Origin: Zygnema circumcarinatum SAG 698-1b
Lineage: Eukaryota; Plantae; Zygnematophyceae
NCBI GenBank assembly: GCA_037447605.1
Contig: CM074822.1
Coordinates: forward strand, 953,492-1,017,491
Length of the DNA: 64,000 nucleotides
Reading direction: 5' to 3'
Both the position numbers and the translations under genes were made by a program. The notes below the pieces were generated by a model. That model did no database searches and was not told the DNA's origin. It saw only the letters and a list, made by a program, of their open reading frames with translations. Below are positions 1 through 16,214 of the stretch, piece after piece; within the stretch, counting starts at the first letter, position 1, and each line of letters opens with the position of its first letter.

Positions 1-200
1 AAAAAGAAAAAGGGACCGATTCATCTGTGTTTTAAGAATAAGAAGAGCATGGCGAGGTGCTGACGAGTTTCTTAAGGATAGCTAACTAACTTACTAACTA
101 GCAAACCTTTTTCGTTTCTGAAAATCGAGCAAATTTAAGATTGTGAATTATATAGCCTCCCTCCCTCCCTCCCTCCCTCCCTCCCTCCCTCGTTTTGCAG

Positions 201-2326
<2,126 letters not shown>

Positions 2327-3077
2327 GCCCTGAGGTGTTTGAGGGGGTGGGCATACATATTGAGAAATGGCTCTAAGTTCTGACCTCTTTTTGATATTGA
2401 ACAGTTTTGAAAGGTCGTGTCGATAGCCATTTGTGGTTTTTGACTGAAGTGTAACGAGATTTGTGAGTTTTGGTTAGTCTCGTTGGATCACCTCCATTAG
2501 TCACATCTCTTGCTGCGCTTTTAAACCGTAAATTTCATTCATGATTCTGGTACGCTACTGCTGTGCATTGATGCCTTTTTTTTTTCGAGGCTCTCGATGA
2601 ACACTGGTGTCCTTGAGTGTGTGTGTGTGTGAGAGAGAGGGCGAGAGAGAGAGAGAGAGAAAAGATTGAGGACTAGGGAAAGAGGGAGGAGTAGAGGAGA
2701 AGAGGAGATGGAAGGAGTATACTTAAAAAACTAACTAATATTTTTATTTATAAGGTCAGATAACGAACTACCTCTACTTATAAGTAGAGGTGCATAGCAG
2801 AGTATCTATTTTATTCCAATTCTGTAACAATGCAGAAGAATCAGTACCTTCAATTCGACCTAATTATTCTGAAAAACTTATTTCATACCTTCCCTTAGTA
2901 CCAACCAACCTAATCTCCTTCAAATAATTCTTCAAATACCTTTCCATCCCACATCCTATTACATTATTTTCGCCCCAGAGCATCTAAACTCTACCAATGG
3001 GCCCACCACTACCACCATAATGCTTAAATTAATAATAATTCACTCCCATATCAATAATTAAAAACCCATCTCTATAA

Positions 3078-6000
3078 CTAAAACAACGAAGTAAATAGGG
3101 ATCCGTCGTCATTTTCTTCGTCCAAAGCATCAAACACATTTTGGCCTTGGTAGTTAGTGGTGGGGCGGACCCCCTCGAGCTCGTCGGGGTAGGCGCACCC
3201 TTTGCTCATGAGGACGAGCGAGACTTGCAGCATTCGATAAGCTTCGAAGAATATGGGAATGTCCAACTCTTCATTCTTCACCGGCTGGCTGAAATGATTT
3301 AAAAAAAAAAAAAAAAAAAAAAAGAGGGNNNNNNNNNNAAAAAAAAAAAAAAAAAAAAAAAAAACATGCTGCATGGACATAAGATGGTAAGACGTGACGT
3401 GACGTGACGTGACGGATAGAAGGGTTTCAGGGTATTTAGGGTTAGGGTTTTAGGGTTTGAGAGATGGCATAGCTGGGCATCCTTGTATCCTCGTCTCGTT
3501 GCTGTGTGGGACAAGAAACGCAGAAAAAATGAACCACAAAAAGTGAAACTTTTGCGGTTTTTGGAAACGCACCTCATTGCATTTCCGATCTCTCGAATGC
3601 CCAAAACGATAATCAGAAGCAGAAAGTATCCGACGATGGACAAAAAGGGATGGGAAAAAGTCGCAGCGTAGCCGAAGACAAAGAGGTAAACGATGACGAC
3701 AAAGTTCAGCAAATGGTAATATGCGAATGGTCTGCAAAGAGTTCAATGCGAGACATGACAAGAGTGAGAGAGGAGGGAGGGAGAGGGCAAGGGGGGGGAG
3801 GGAGAGAAAGAGGGCAAGGGGAGGAGGGAGAGAGAGAGGGCGAGGGGGGGAGGGGGAGAAAGTGGGCAAGGGGAGGAGGGAGAGAGAGAGGGCAAGGAAG
3901 AGGAGGGAGAGAGAGTGTGGGCAAGGGGGAGGAGGGAGACAGAGGGTAAGGGGAGGGAGAGAGAGAGGGCAAGGGGGAGGAGGGAGAGAGAGAGAGGGCG
4001 AGGGGGAGGAGGGAGACAGAGAGGGTAAGGGGAGGGAGTCAGAGAGGGCAAGGGGAGGAGGGAGAAACAGTGGGCAAGGGGAGGAGGGAGAGAGTGGGAG
4101 AATAATTTACGAGAGATAAATAGAGAGACAGAACTTTACAAGCAATGAGGGCATCTGAGGCTTACATTGGACTGCTGGGATGGGTATACATGTTGTCGAG
4201 ACGTGTTCGTAAGTCGAAAATTTTGTTACTGAAGAGTGTTGCCACGTGGGGAACATACCAATGCTTGTCATGGAGAGCCCATATGCTTCTGTCAATCCAC
4301 ATGAGAGCATGGCGGTGCACTGTGCTGCCATCATGTACTTTCGCCATCGGTCTCAGCTCATCCACCTGATAGCCAAGTGCAGAATAATTCAACAATCACG
4401 AAAAATCTTTGAACACACTTCAATTCAAACAAAAAAACCATGGCGCAAATATTAGAAACAGATGATGAATTGCCAATGCAATTGAGCCCATAAGCTCCCT
4501 TCCTCTCCCCTTCTTCCCCCCTCCTCCTTCGCCACTTTCTCCCTCTCCCTCCCTCTCTCCCCCTTCCCCCCACTCCCTCTCTTCCCCTCCCCCCATTCCC
4601 CCTTGCCCATCTTCCCCATCTTCCCCCCCTCCCCAACATCCCCTGACCACTGACCCCTAGCCTCCCTCCCTCTCCCCCTCTCCTCCTTCGCCATTTCCTC
4701 TCTCTCTCTTTCTCTCCCCCTCCCCCCTCTCCCTCTCTTTCCCCCCCCACCCCCAATTCCCCCTTGCCCTTCTTCCCCCCTTCCCCAACACCCCCTGGCC
4801 ACTGACCCCTAACCTCCCTCCCTCTCCCCCTCTCCTCCTCCCCCACGTCCCCCCTCCTCTCCCCTCCCCCCCACCATTCCCACTTCCCCCTCTATCTCCC
4901 CTCCCCCAACAACCCCTAACCACTAACCCATAACCTCCCTCCCCCTCCCCCTCTCCCCCTCGCCTCCACTCCTCAATTCCCCCCTCCCTCTCACTATCTT
5001 CCTCTCCTCTCCATCCCCCACTTTCCCTCTCCCTCCCCCACCCCTCCTCTCCCCTCCCCCCCACCATTCCCACTTCCCCTTCTTCCTCCCCCTCCCCAAC
5101 ATCCCCTAACCACTAACCCACAACCTCCCTCCCTCTCCCCNNNNNNNNNNCCCCCTCTCCCCCTCTCCCCCTCTCCCCCCCTCCCCCTCTCCACCTCTCC
5201 TCCTCCCCCACTAACCCAACCCCCCCAACCCCCACACCATCCCATCCATGCCATCCATCCCTCCATCCATGCATGCCCATGCAACCCTCCCGTCGGCTCC
5301 CACCTGTCCCGGCGTGAGCAGTCGATTCTTCTCCACGAACCACCACCCCCACTCGTCGATCTTGGCCGTCCGATTGTTCGGCAGATTGACGTACGCGAGG
5401 AAGTGCAGCGCGTTCGCGATCTTGCAGAGCGAGTGCCGCGCGGCGCGCGCATCTGGCGACACGTGGTCGGCGAGATGCACGCGGAGGAGGAGGACGAGGT
5501 CGTGGAGGGCCCCGCACGCGCCAATGAGCTGGTTCCATTTGTCCAGGTAGGCGGCGTAGGTTTGGTTCAGGTAGAACACGAGCATGAAGGCGATGATGGA
5601 CCCGGGGACGGCGATGAGAGCGAGAGAGACCTGGNNNNNNNNNNGAGGGAGGGAGGGAGGGAGGGAGGGAGAGAGGCAATGGGGAGGGATAGGGAGAGGA
5701 GGGAGGGAGGGAGGGAGAGAGGCAATGGGGAGCGGGAGAGGAGAGGGAGAGGGAGAGGGAGAGTGAGAGAGAGGAGACAGGGAAAGGGATATGCGAGGGT
5801 GAGAAGGGAAGAGAGAGGGAGAGGAAGGGCGAGAGGAGGAGAAGGAGAGAGGAGCGAACAGAGAGGTAAGTGTGAGGGGAGCAGTAGGGAGAGGTCAAGC
5901 AGAGGGTTAAAGGGAAAAGGAGCGGTGGGGGGGTGGGGAGGGGCAGGGGGAAAGAAAGAGATGGAAAAGGAAGGGAAGGGGAGGATGGACAGGAGTGAGG

Positions 6001-7065
6001 GGGAGAGAATCGGGAGAGACGGAACGCATTTGAAAGGCTCAGAATTAAACAGAGAAAGGAAATTGGAAAAAACTGTATGCAATGAAAAATCTACCTTTGG
6101 CCAGCCTGAGGCTAACGGAACGTCGTTTCTCAGCTCGTCGTGATTAGAAAAATAAACAAGAGACATTGTGAGATGGAAACCCATTAGAACCCAAAACATC
6201 GGTCGAAGAGAAACCATTTGCACTCCTGTCCGAGCGAAGTGGAGGAAAATTCGCAGCGGAGCATTAGCGTTGTACATGACTGGAATACGCGCAATCTGCA
6301 CCCCCCAAAAATAGAAAAAAAAAAAAACGGAAAAATAATTGAGCTCAGAATAAGCAGTAAGAGGAGACATAGAAAATACAGCAAAGTAAAACACAGTGTT
6401 CCTATTAGACCCCCTCGATGACTCACTCAGAAGGTAACAAGAAAAGAAGAGCCCTCAATCCTTCAAATTTACTCCAATTTGAGCCTCTAATTCATTCATT
6501 TGTTCATTTGTTCATTTTTTTCAAGTGGGAAAAGTCATCCAAACCTGATGAAAGTGCTGTAAGCGTTCGAAACTGGTGAGATGAGAAACACTTTCATCAT
6601 CATAAAGTGCTCGAAGGTCCTCTCTTTTCATACGCATAGACTTGGAGTGATGCATGCTCTCTTCACTCTGTCCTTTATGTTTGATGGATGTCCATACATG
6701 ACGAGCAGTTGCAGACAAACCTCGAGCAAAGAATGGCTCAATTCGCATTTCTGCAAACGTACCCAGAAAAAACTTAGTTTACAAAACAAACTTAGTTTGG
6801 CATATCAAGCATTGGCGAAGCAGCTACAGCCCTTACAAACTTTTCTATGATGCCAATGGACAGATTTTCTTTGCTTGCCTGCTCATTAGTACGAAATTCT
6901 GCCTGAATGGACCCATGTGGTTTTTACTTTTTATTAAAGTTTTTGGCTTGATGACCTACCATCGTCTGTATGGTGGTGTCTTCCATGTTCGAGATCATGC
7001 GAGTAAATTTTGGTGCTCTTTGAAACATTTAAGTCTCGCGCCCCATTAGTATCATCAGCTTCCAT
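3078..7065 (-). CDS. Bestrophin-family (YneE/UPF0187-like) anion channel; exons ~6960-7065, 6545-6750, 6095-6295, ~5257-5630, ~4165-4384, ~3574-3735, 3078-3288
   Basis: Hydrophobic and motif segments GSIIAFMLVFYLNQTYAAYLDKW, SSPIPFAYYHLLNFVVIVYLFVFG and LGIREIGNAMSQPVKNEELDIP parallel the bestrophin signatures (LLVFRxNxAY, PIPFAY, IGxxLENPFGxDxxDLP). Splice phases checked at five junctions are consistent. The 5' exons rest on splice-phase fit only. Confidence 0.8.
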
Positions 7066-7249
7066 GATGGCCTGTCGCTACATGCAATGTAAAAATCAAC
7101 CAAGAAGGTTAGGAGAGGAAGAAGACATAAACTCGAGTGGAAAACATAAGTGCTCTCATCCATTAGTTCATACAATGAAGAATCAATTAGATGCCTAGTC
7201 ATGTTCTTTTAATGTCCTTGCTGCGTCTTCTTTTCCCAATGCCAATTTC

Positions 7250-8520
7250 CAAAATTCCAGCTCTCCTGCTTCTCTCTCTCTCTGTCTGTCTGTCTGTCTG
7301 TCTCTATCTCTCTCCCTCTCCCTCTATCTCTCTCTCACATTCTCGCTTGTCACTTCCTTTCTCAGGATCATCTCATTCCCTCCAAGCCCCACTCTCTCCT
7401 TCCATCATTCTCTAACTCTCCTTCATCCTCCCCTCCTCGTTCCCCACCTTCCCCCACTCTCACCCCTCCTCGCCCACTACTCCCTCACACACATGAAACC
7501 ATTTCCCCAATGTGAGCAACCCAGAAGCAGCTTCCCCCTCTTCCTCTCTATCTTCCCACTCCCTCCACTCTCCACTCTCAGCCTTCTTCCCCCAATTCCC
7601 ACTCGCCTGCCTACGCCTATGTATGTAAATTCTTTTCCACCTAGACTCTCCTGACCATCTGACTCTCTCGAAACCCAGCTCTCCTTCCCATCCTCCTCTA
7701 CCACTCCCTCGTCCTCCCCCTCTCCACCGCCTCCCCAACTCCTCCCCACAACACATTTCCCTTCCATGCTCTCAGTTCCCAAGAATCCCCTTTCTCCCCC
7801 TCTCCCTCATATATCCCTCCCATCTCCACTCTCAACCTCCCCTCCTACTCTCCCTCCCAAGAACTTTCCTCAATGTAAGCCCCCCAGACACAGGAATCTC
7901 GTCCCTTCCCTCTCCTTCCCCCCTCCGTCCACTCTCCCACTCTCCCCCCTCCCCCGACTCCAAATTCTTCCACCCTTGTCTTCCTCAAGCATCATTTGGG
8001 AGCCCCTCAGAAACAGCAGCAGCCTCTCCCCCTTGCCTCCCCCTCCCGCTTCCCCTCCCCATCCTTCCCTCCCTCCCTCTCCCCCTCCCTCTTTCTCACC
8101 CCCGCACCCTCCACATTTCCCCCTCCCCCTCTCCTCCCCCTCTCTAGATCTCTCCCTTTCCTTCTCACTGTTCCTCACCCCCTCCCCCACTCCTCCCACT
8201 CCCTCCCTCCCTCCCTCGCTCCCGACCTTTCCTTCTAACCCTCCCTCTCCTTCCCCTCCTTCTTTCTCTCCCTAAATCTCTCCCTTTCCTTCTTACTTTT
8301 ACTTCTCTCGCCCCATACACCACTCCTCCCTCTCCTACTCCCACTCCCTTCCCTCCCCCCTTCCTCCCCCTCCCTTCCCCCCTCCCCCTCCCCATCCCCT
8401 CCCCCTGCCCCCTCCCCCCTGCCCTCTCCCCCCTTCCCCATCCTCCCTCCCTCCTCCCCCCTCCACCTCCCNNNNNNNNNNTCCCCCTCCCCCCTTCCAT
8501 TTTCCCAAGGCCCTCCCCCT
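7250..8520. repeat. Pyrimidine (C/CT)-rich low-complexity tract containing an N-gap
   Basis: Composition read directly; ORFs here are P/S/L or G/E/R artefacts. Confidence 0.85.
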
Positions 8521-8824
8521 CACCTCCGCCTTCCGCGCCTCTTCCTCCCCCGCGCCTCCTCCGAATGTCCTCGTAGCGGGGGGGCCGGGGGAAGGAACTC
8601 GCGGTCGACATTCCGGTCACCGTCTGTGACAGAGACTAACTGGAGTCGTACAAGTCCGTACATTTGTACGCTGACGGACGGCGAAAGTTCAGAGGAAAGG
8701 ACAGCCGCCCGCCACGGTGGTTTGGTCGGTGGCAGGACACAGGGCCGGCACTAACCGTTAAACTAATCTTGTCAGGACTAGTCAGACGCTGTACGAATCC
8801 TTTGACTATTTTGGATTTTATTAA

Positions 8825-9488
8825 GGATAATGATAACCCCTCTCCCCATTTTGAAAATCCCGTTCCCCTGAATTTTTTTGAGAGACAAAAATATGTTAGG
8901 GCCTGCCCGAATCCGCTCGGAGCGGAAGATCCGTCCGGCTCGCAAGTGCGAGGGTGTACGTCCTTCACACGTGCGCTACGTATCCTCCGTTGATTTTATC
9001 GCAGATCGCACCACGCAGCCGTTCGATCTGCAGTCGTGCTCGGTCCCAGCGAATGGCACGCGCCCACGTGTCCCAGTGTGACGATCGGACGGTAAGTTCA
9101 AATAAAAATGGACGACACGCGGCGGCGCCTTGACGCGTCCGTATGGATATTGTACTGTAGCCGAATCCGGTCTGTACAGACTTCGTACGGTCACAGCTCG
9201 AGGAAAGGCGAAATACTGTTTAACATTGAGGGCCTAAACCAATCACAATTTGCTACGTCATAAAAAGACATGTGGCAGATGTTGATTGGCTGCAACTTTT
9301 CCGCAGGCTGGCCGGTCAGCTTATAGTTTTGCGGAGATCTCGGGCCGAGGACGCTCGCACTCGCACGTGCGAGCCGGACGGATCTTCCGCTCCGAGCGGA
9401 TTCGGGCAGGCCCTAACATATTTTTGTCGCTCAAAAGAAATTCAGGGGCAGGGGATATCCAAAATGGGGGGAGGAGTTATCATTCTCC
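8825..9488. mobile_element. Non-autonomous TIR element (Mutator-like/foldback MITE), ~665 bp, with ~130-bp imperfect TIRs
   Basis: 8825-8955 (GGATAATGATAACCCC...AATCCGCTCGGAGCGGAAGATCCGTCCGGCTCGCA) is the reverse complement of 9360-9488. Flanks TTTATTAA / ATTATCAA match 6/8 (eroded TSD). Internal segments are shared with the element at 44187-45129. Confidence 0.75.
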
Positions 9489-10323
9489 ATTATCAACGGG
9501 AGAAACTAATGTTACGTTAATAGGACAAGAAAAAGATCTTCAGATCTGGAATAGACACGTATCAGATCCAGTGTACGATTTCTTGGCTTTGTAAGATACA
9601 AATTTTTCGTGAAGTACAATTAATTTAGGACCTCGAATCGTCCAAGGCATGTGACGACAAATCTGAAAGGTACAAACTGTTTGGAGACAGGCAGGTAATT
9701 GTACGAACACCCATTCTATGTACAGTACTCGATTACCCGTAATTGCTTACTGTAACAGGTTGCAGTGCTACGGGAAGAGTGACGTCACTCTCCTGTAAAT
9801 TGTAGAAAAAGGCCGTACAATAGCCTATCTTACCGTACGGTACGGTAACATACGGATCGGATTTACCACTGATTTGGGGTTAGGCATGACAAAAAAATAA
9901 GTCCGTATGGGACTTTTGGATTTTTATATTTCAGAATTAGAACGTTCTAATATCTAAAAGTTTCAGAGTTTTATAACATTTTTAGAACGACCGTACGACC
10001 GTTGACATTGAACGAAAAGTACGGTCGACGAATTGGCGCAGCCAGTGTTGCCGTATGACCGTACACTCATACTTCTGTACGGCCAGTCAAAAAGTGTTTT
10101 ATAAAACGGCCTGACTTTTAGAATCGTTGATTGGAAGTTTGCTACACCACTGCGTTATAATTTCCATGAGGTACGAGACATAGACCAGTAAGGCTTTGCC
10201 ACATAAGCACTTTTGCCACGTGGTTAGCAATAAGTGGTTAGAACATTATTCGGACATTCAATTCTATAAAAACGTAGAACGTATATTTCGTAGTTTTCCG
10301 CTCTTAGCTTCTACTTTTTGCGT

Positions 10324-10543
10324 TTAGGTCCTTTGCGACCAGTTCCTCGTGGTTCCACATGCTGCTTTTGTTCATGTACATATGATGGCCTCGCCATCGT
10401 GAGTTCAATGCCATTTTCTCCCTTTTCAGAGAGAAAAAGGTAAGGAAGTGGCATTGATATCACGATGGCGATGATGCCATCAAATGTACATTGCCAAAAT
10501 CAGCATGATGGGGAACCACGAGGAACTAATTGGTCGCAAAGGA
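10324..10543. repeat. Inverted pair of a ~90-bp dispersed repeat (hairpin with ~35-nt loop); other copies at 19901-19974 and 45447-45535
   Basis: 10324-10413 is the approximate reverse complement of 10449-10543 (TGGCATTGA..TCACGATGGCGA..GCCATC..ATGTACAT..CAGCATG..GGAACCACGAGGAAC..GGTCGCAAAGGA). Confidence 0.8.
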
Positions 10544-11002
10544 GAGAAACATTTGTCTCGAAACTACTACTGTACTCTTGTACTATGCGGAAAATTTACG
10601 TACTGTACTGTAGTTTGAAATGTACTTTCCCTAGTTCCATGTTCAAGATTCACAAGCCCTACAAGAAATTAAACTATGACGGGCACATAGAACCGCACGT
10701 AGAAAGCGTATTGACATGGACCCCTCGAACAGACAAAAGTTACAAAGTTTTTTAGACAACATCCCCCGTTAAAGTAAACATGTATTCTCCCAGAGCTCGT
10801 AGTAAAGTAAATTCCTTCTATTTTACGCCTGATCCCCGTACTTAATCAAGAAATATACAGCGGAGGCTGCTGGGCATGCGATACTATAGTCAATGCTGTA
10901 CAACTCAAACGGACGAGAGCAACTCCTGCAGAACGAGTCAGAAATGAATAGCCCTACGCTGAAACTTTAGGGTTCCTCACTCACTTAACGTGCTGACATA
11001 AC

Positions 11003-13497
<2,495 letters not shown>

Positions 13498-15299
13498 GTT
13501 TTCAATCGGATGGACAGAAAGAATATAAGCCTGCTCTTGAAGCGCTAAAAAGAAAGAAAATCTCAAAGCCTTCAGCCTTTTTCAGCGCTCTCCTCTCCCT
13601 CTCCTCTCGCCTGCTCTCTCTTGCTGCTCTCCAACCATAATCAGGAGTCTCCATCCGTTCAACAGTTTTAGTTTAACAGGAGTTATGATTTCCATGCGAA
13701 ATCCGTTGCACAAATAAGTCAACGAAATGATCATTAACACGCCACGTAAGCACATTACGACTTCTGACAGTACAATCGAAGAATAGTTACCGTCCGATCA
13801 TCGATTGAACATCTGAACCGTCCGTTGAAAAAACTAAGTTTTTCATGGCAAACCAAAAAACAAAATTTCCAGCAAAAAATGGAGCTGTAGAGGCATTTCT
13901 AGCCGTCCGATCATCCCTGAGAAGGCATCGCAGCCGTCGATCATGCCACGTCATGCACGCCCAGCCAATCAGAGACGGGGATCGACGTGTCTGCCGTTTT
14001 TCCAGCGTTTTGGGAAAGCAGCCACCAGTAGGGATGCAGTTTTTCGAAGCGGTTTTTCGGTCTTTGGTTTTTCGTGGTGGGCTATGGCGACATAGGGCCG
14101 CATGGGGGCGAATGGTACGCGAGAGGGAGGGAGAGGGACAGGAGGGAGAGGGCGAGAGAGTGGGAGAGAGGGTATAAGGGGGTGACGGAGAGGAAGAGAG
14201 TGAGAGTGGGGGAGAGAGAGTTGAGAGAGAGTGTGGGAGAGAGGGAGAGAGGGAGAGAGGGAATGAGAGACGGAAAGAAAGAGAGAGTGGGAGGGAGAGG
14301 GAGAGGGAGAGAGAAAAGTGGGAGAGAGGAACGGAGAGAGGGACGGAGAGAGAGGGAGAGAGTGAACGAGAGAGAGACGGGGAGAAAGGGAGAGAGAGAC
14401 GGAGGGGGAAAGAGCGTGAGAGAGAGACGAAGTAAGGGAGAGAGAGACGGAGTGAGAGGGAGAATGAGAGAGACGGAGAAAAAGGGAGAGAGAGAGTTAT
14501 AGAGAGACGGAAAGAAAGGGAGAGAGTGGGAGAGAGACGGAAAGAAAGGGAGAAAAAGAGAGACGGAAAGGGAGGGAGGGAGAGAGCGAGAAAGATGGGG
14601 AGGTGGGGCATGTTTTGCTCTGATTGCTCATCCATAATATTACGTTGGGTGTGATGTCAACATCATCCAGAGATGATGCTGATAGCGGCAAACACACACT
14701 CTACATAACCTCAAAATGATGTTCATTTCACATCCCCAAACAAATTGCACACTGATTCATGTCACCAATCAAATCACAAAAGTTCCATTACAAAGACCAA
14801 TACAACCTTAGTTTGGTCACGAAAAAAGCCAAAAAGCCTCAAAACTCCCCACTAGAATCTACCTCCAAAAGTCATTTACCAAAACCATATAGTTAGACAA
14901 CCCCATTGACCAATTGTAGACTTATTAGTGCACAGCCTCACGGATAGGTCCACACTTCATAGCTTCCTACTCTGTATACCCAAACCCTCCTGCTCGCCAT
15001 TACGGAACGGCGAAAGGAACGGCGGCAGCTATGGATCCTACTGCTGGCAATTCACCTGAAAATTCTCACACACTCGCAGAGTCGACAAGTTCTTTTACAA
15101 ACACTGTAGTGAAAACAAATTATATACAAAAAAATATATGTATATGGCATCCTCCAGCCGCTTCAGTCTTCTTCAGTCGAACGTCTCCTCGTCCCAATTC
15201 CGATTTCCCAATCAATTCCAATGGAGCAGAGACCGTCCTCCAAAACTACGAACCCTAAAAAGCCCCAAATCAGCCACTGACTGCTCCATTCTCTTACAT

Positions 15300-15899
15300 T
15301 CACTCGTCCTTAGTCTCCACGTCCCCATTTTCGTCCTTTGCGTCGAAATCCCCCGCAAGAAACGCCGATAGCATTACCGACATGTTTGAAATGATAGATC
15401 CAATCATGTACCACACAATTGCTGCAAAAAGGACCTGTCCCGTGCCGCCACTTGTCACCCAGGGAGGCAACGGTCCAGCAATATCTGGAGCCGATTGGGC
15501 CACATTTTCACCCGCAGTCAACCCTACAATCATGGCTGCTCCTGCAGCTGCCATCACGGGAATGCTCGCAAAGAAGCTATCCAACAAAGAGACTCTCTCC
15601 TTCTTCAGATTTGTCTTCTCTGTCGTCATGTTTGCTGACTTTGCACGGAACCGGCGAGAGCTCTTTGGTTCTTCAGCGAAGTTCACTGAACAGCTGGTTT
15701 GTTCGGGACACTTCCAGTAATCCTCCTCCTCCCAGGTTGAAGATTTCCTGGCATGCGGCATACCTTCTCCTTTTCCTGACCTGCAAGAGAACAGCAACGC
15801 TCCTGATTGGTTAGCAGAAGCACCTGAGCAATGGGAGGTTTCCGAGTTGAAATAATCGATAGGGGAATTTGTTTTCAAAGGAGGTGCTTCAAATTTCAT
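15300..15899 (-). CDS. Candidate small membrane protein with bipartite plastid/thylakoid-targeting-like N-terminus
   Basis: 199-aa ORF with non-repetitive composition: S/R/K-rich N-terminus, hydrophobic AAAGAAMIVGLTAGENVAQSA segment, a second hydrophobic helix VLFAAIVWYMIGSIISNMSVMLSAFL, and an acidic tail. No family recognised. Confidence 0.5.
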   Translation of the reverse strand: MKFEAPPLKTNSPIDYFNSETSHCSGASANQSGALLFSCRSGKGEGMPHARKSSTWEEEDYWKCPEQTSCSVNFAEEPKSSRRFRAKSANMTTEKTNLKKERVSLLDSFFASIPVMAAAGAAMIVGLTAGENVAQSAPDIAGPLPPWVTSGGTGQVLFAAIVWYMIGSIISNMSVMLSAFLAGDFDAKDENGDVETKDE

Positions 15900-16214
15900 G
15901 ATTGCTACTTACTTCGCAGAAATTGGCGTATTGAGTCGAATTCCAAACGTGTGAAACTTTTCTAAGTCTGCAACTTCCTAATATGACACTATGGCTTGAC
16001 CCCACGAGGACAAACTGTACTAAAAAAGCACTAAACAACCGTTTCCAGACGGTTTAACACACATATGAATGCCAAACAAGCACAAAAAACGTGCAGACGA
16101 AGAGAGAAAGCGAGAGGGGAGAAACCCCTTCGTAAACTCCCTATAGTGTGCAGTGTGCACATGATGCTGGGGGAAAAGAAAAGGAAAGGTGAGAGGGGAG
16201 GGAGACTCTCTCTC

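Noticed and set aside
2790-3070. Possible LINE 3' remnant on the minus strand
   Set aside because: Only a vague stop-interrupted peptide; no RT or endonuclease motif and no poly-A tail or TSD.
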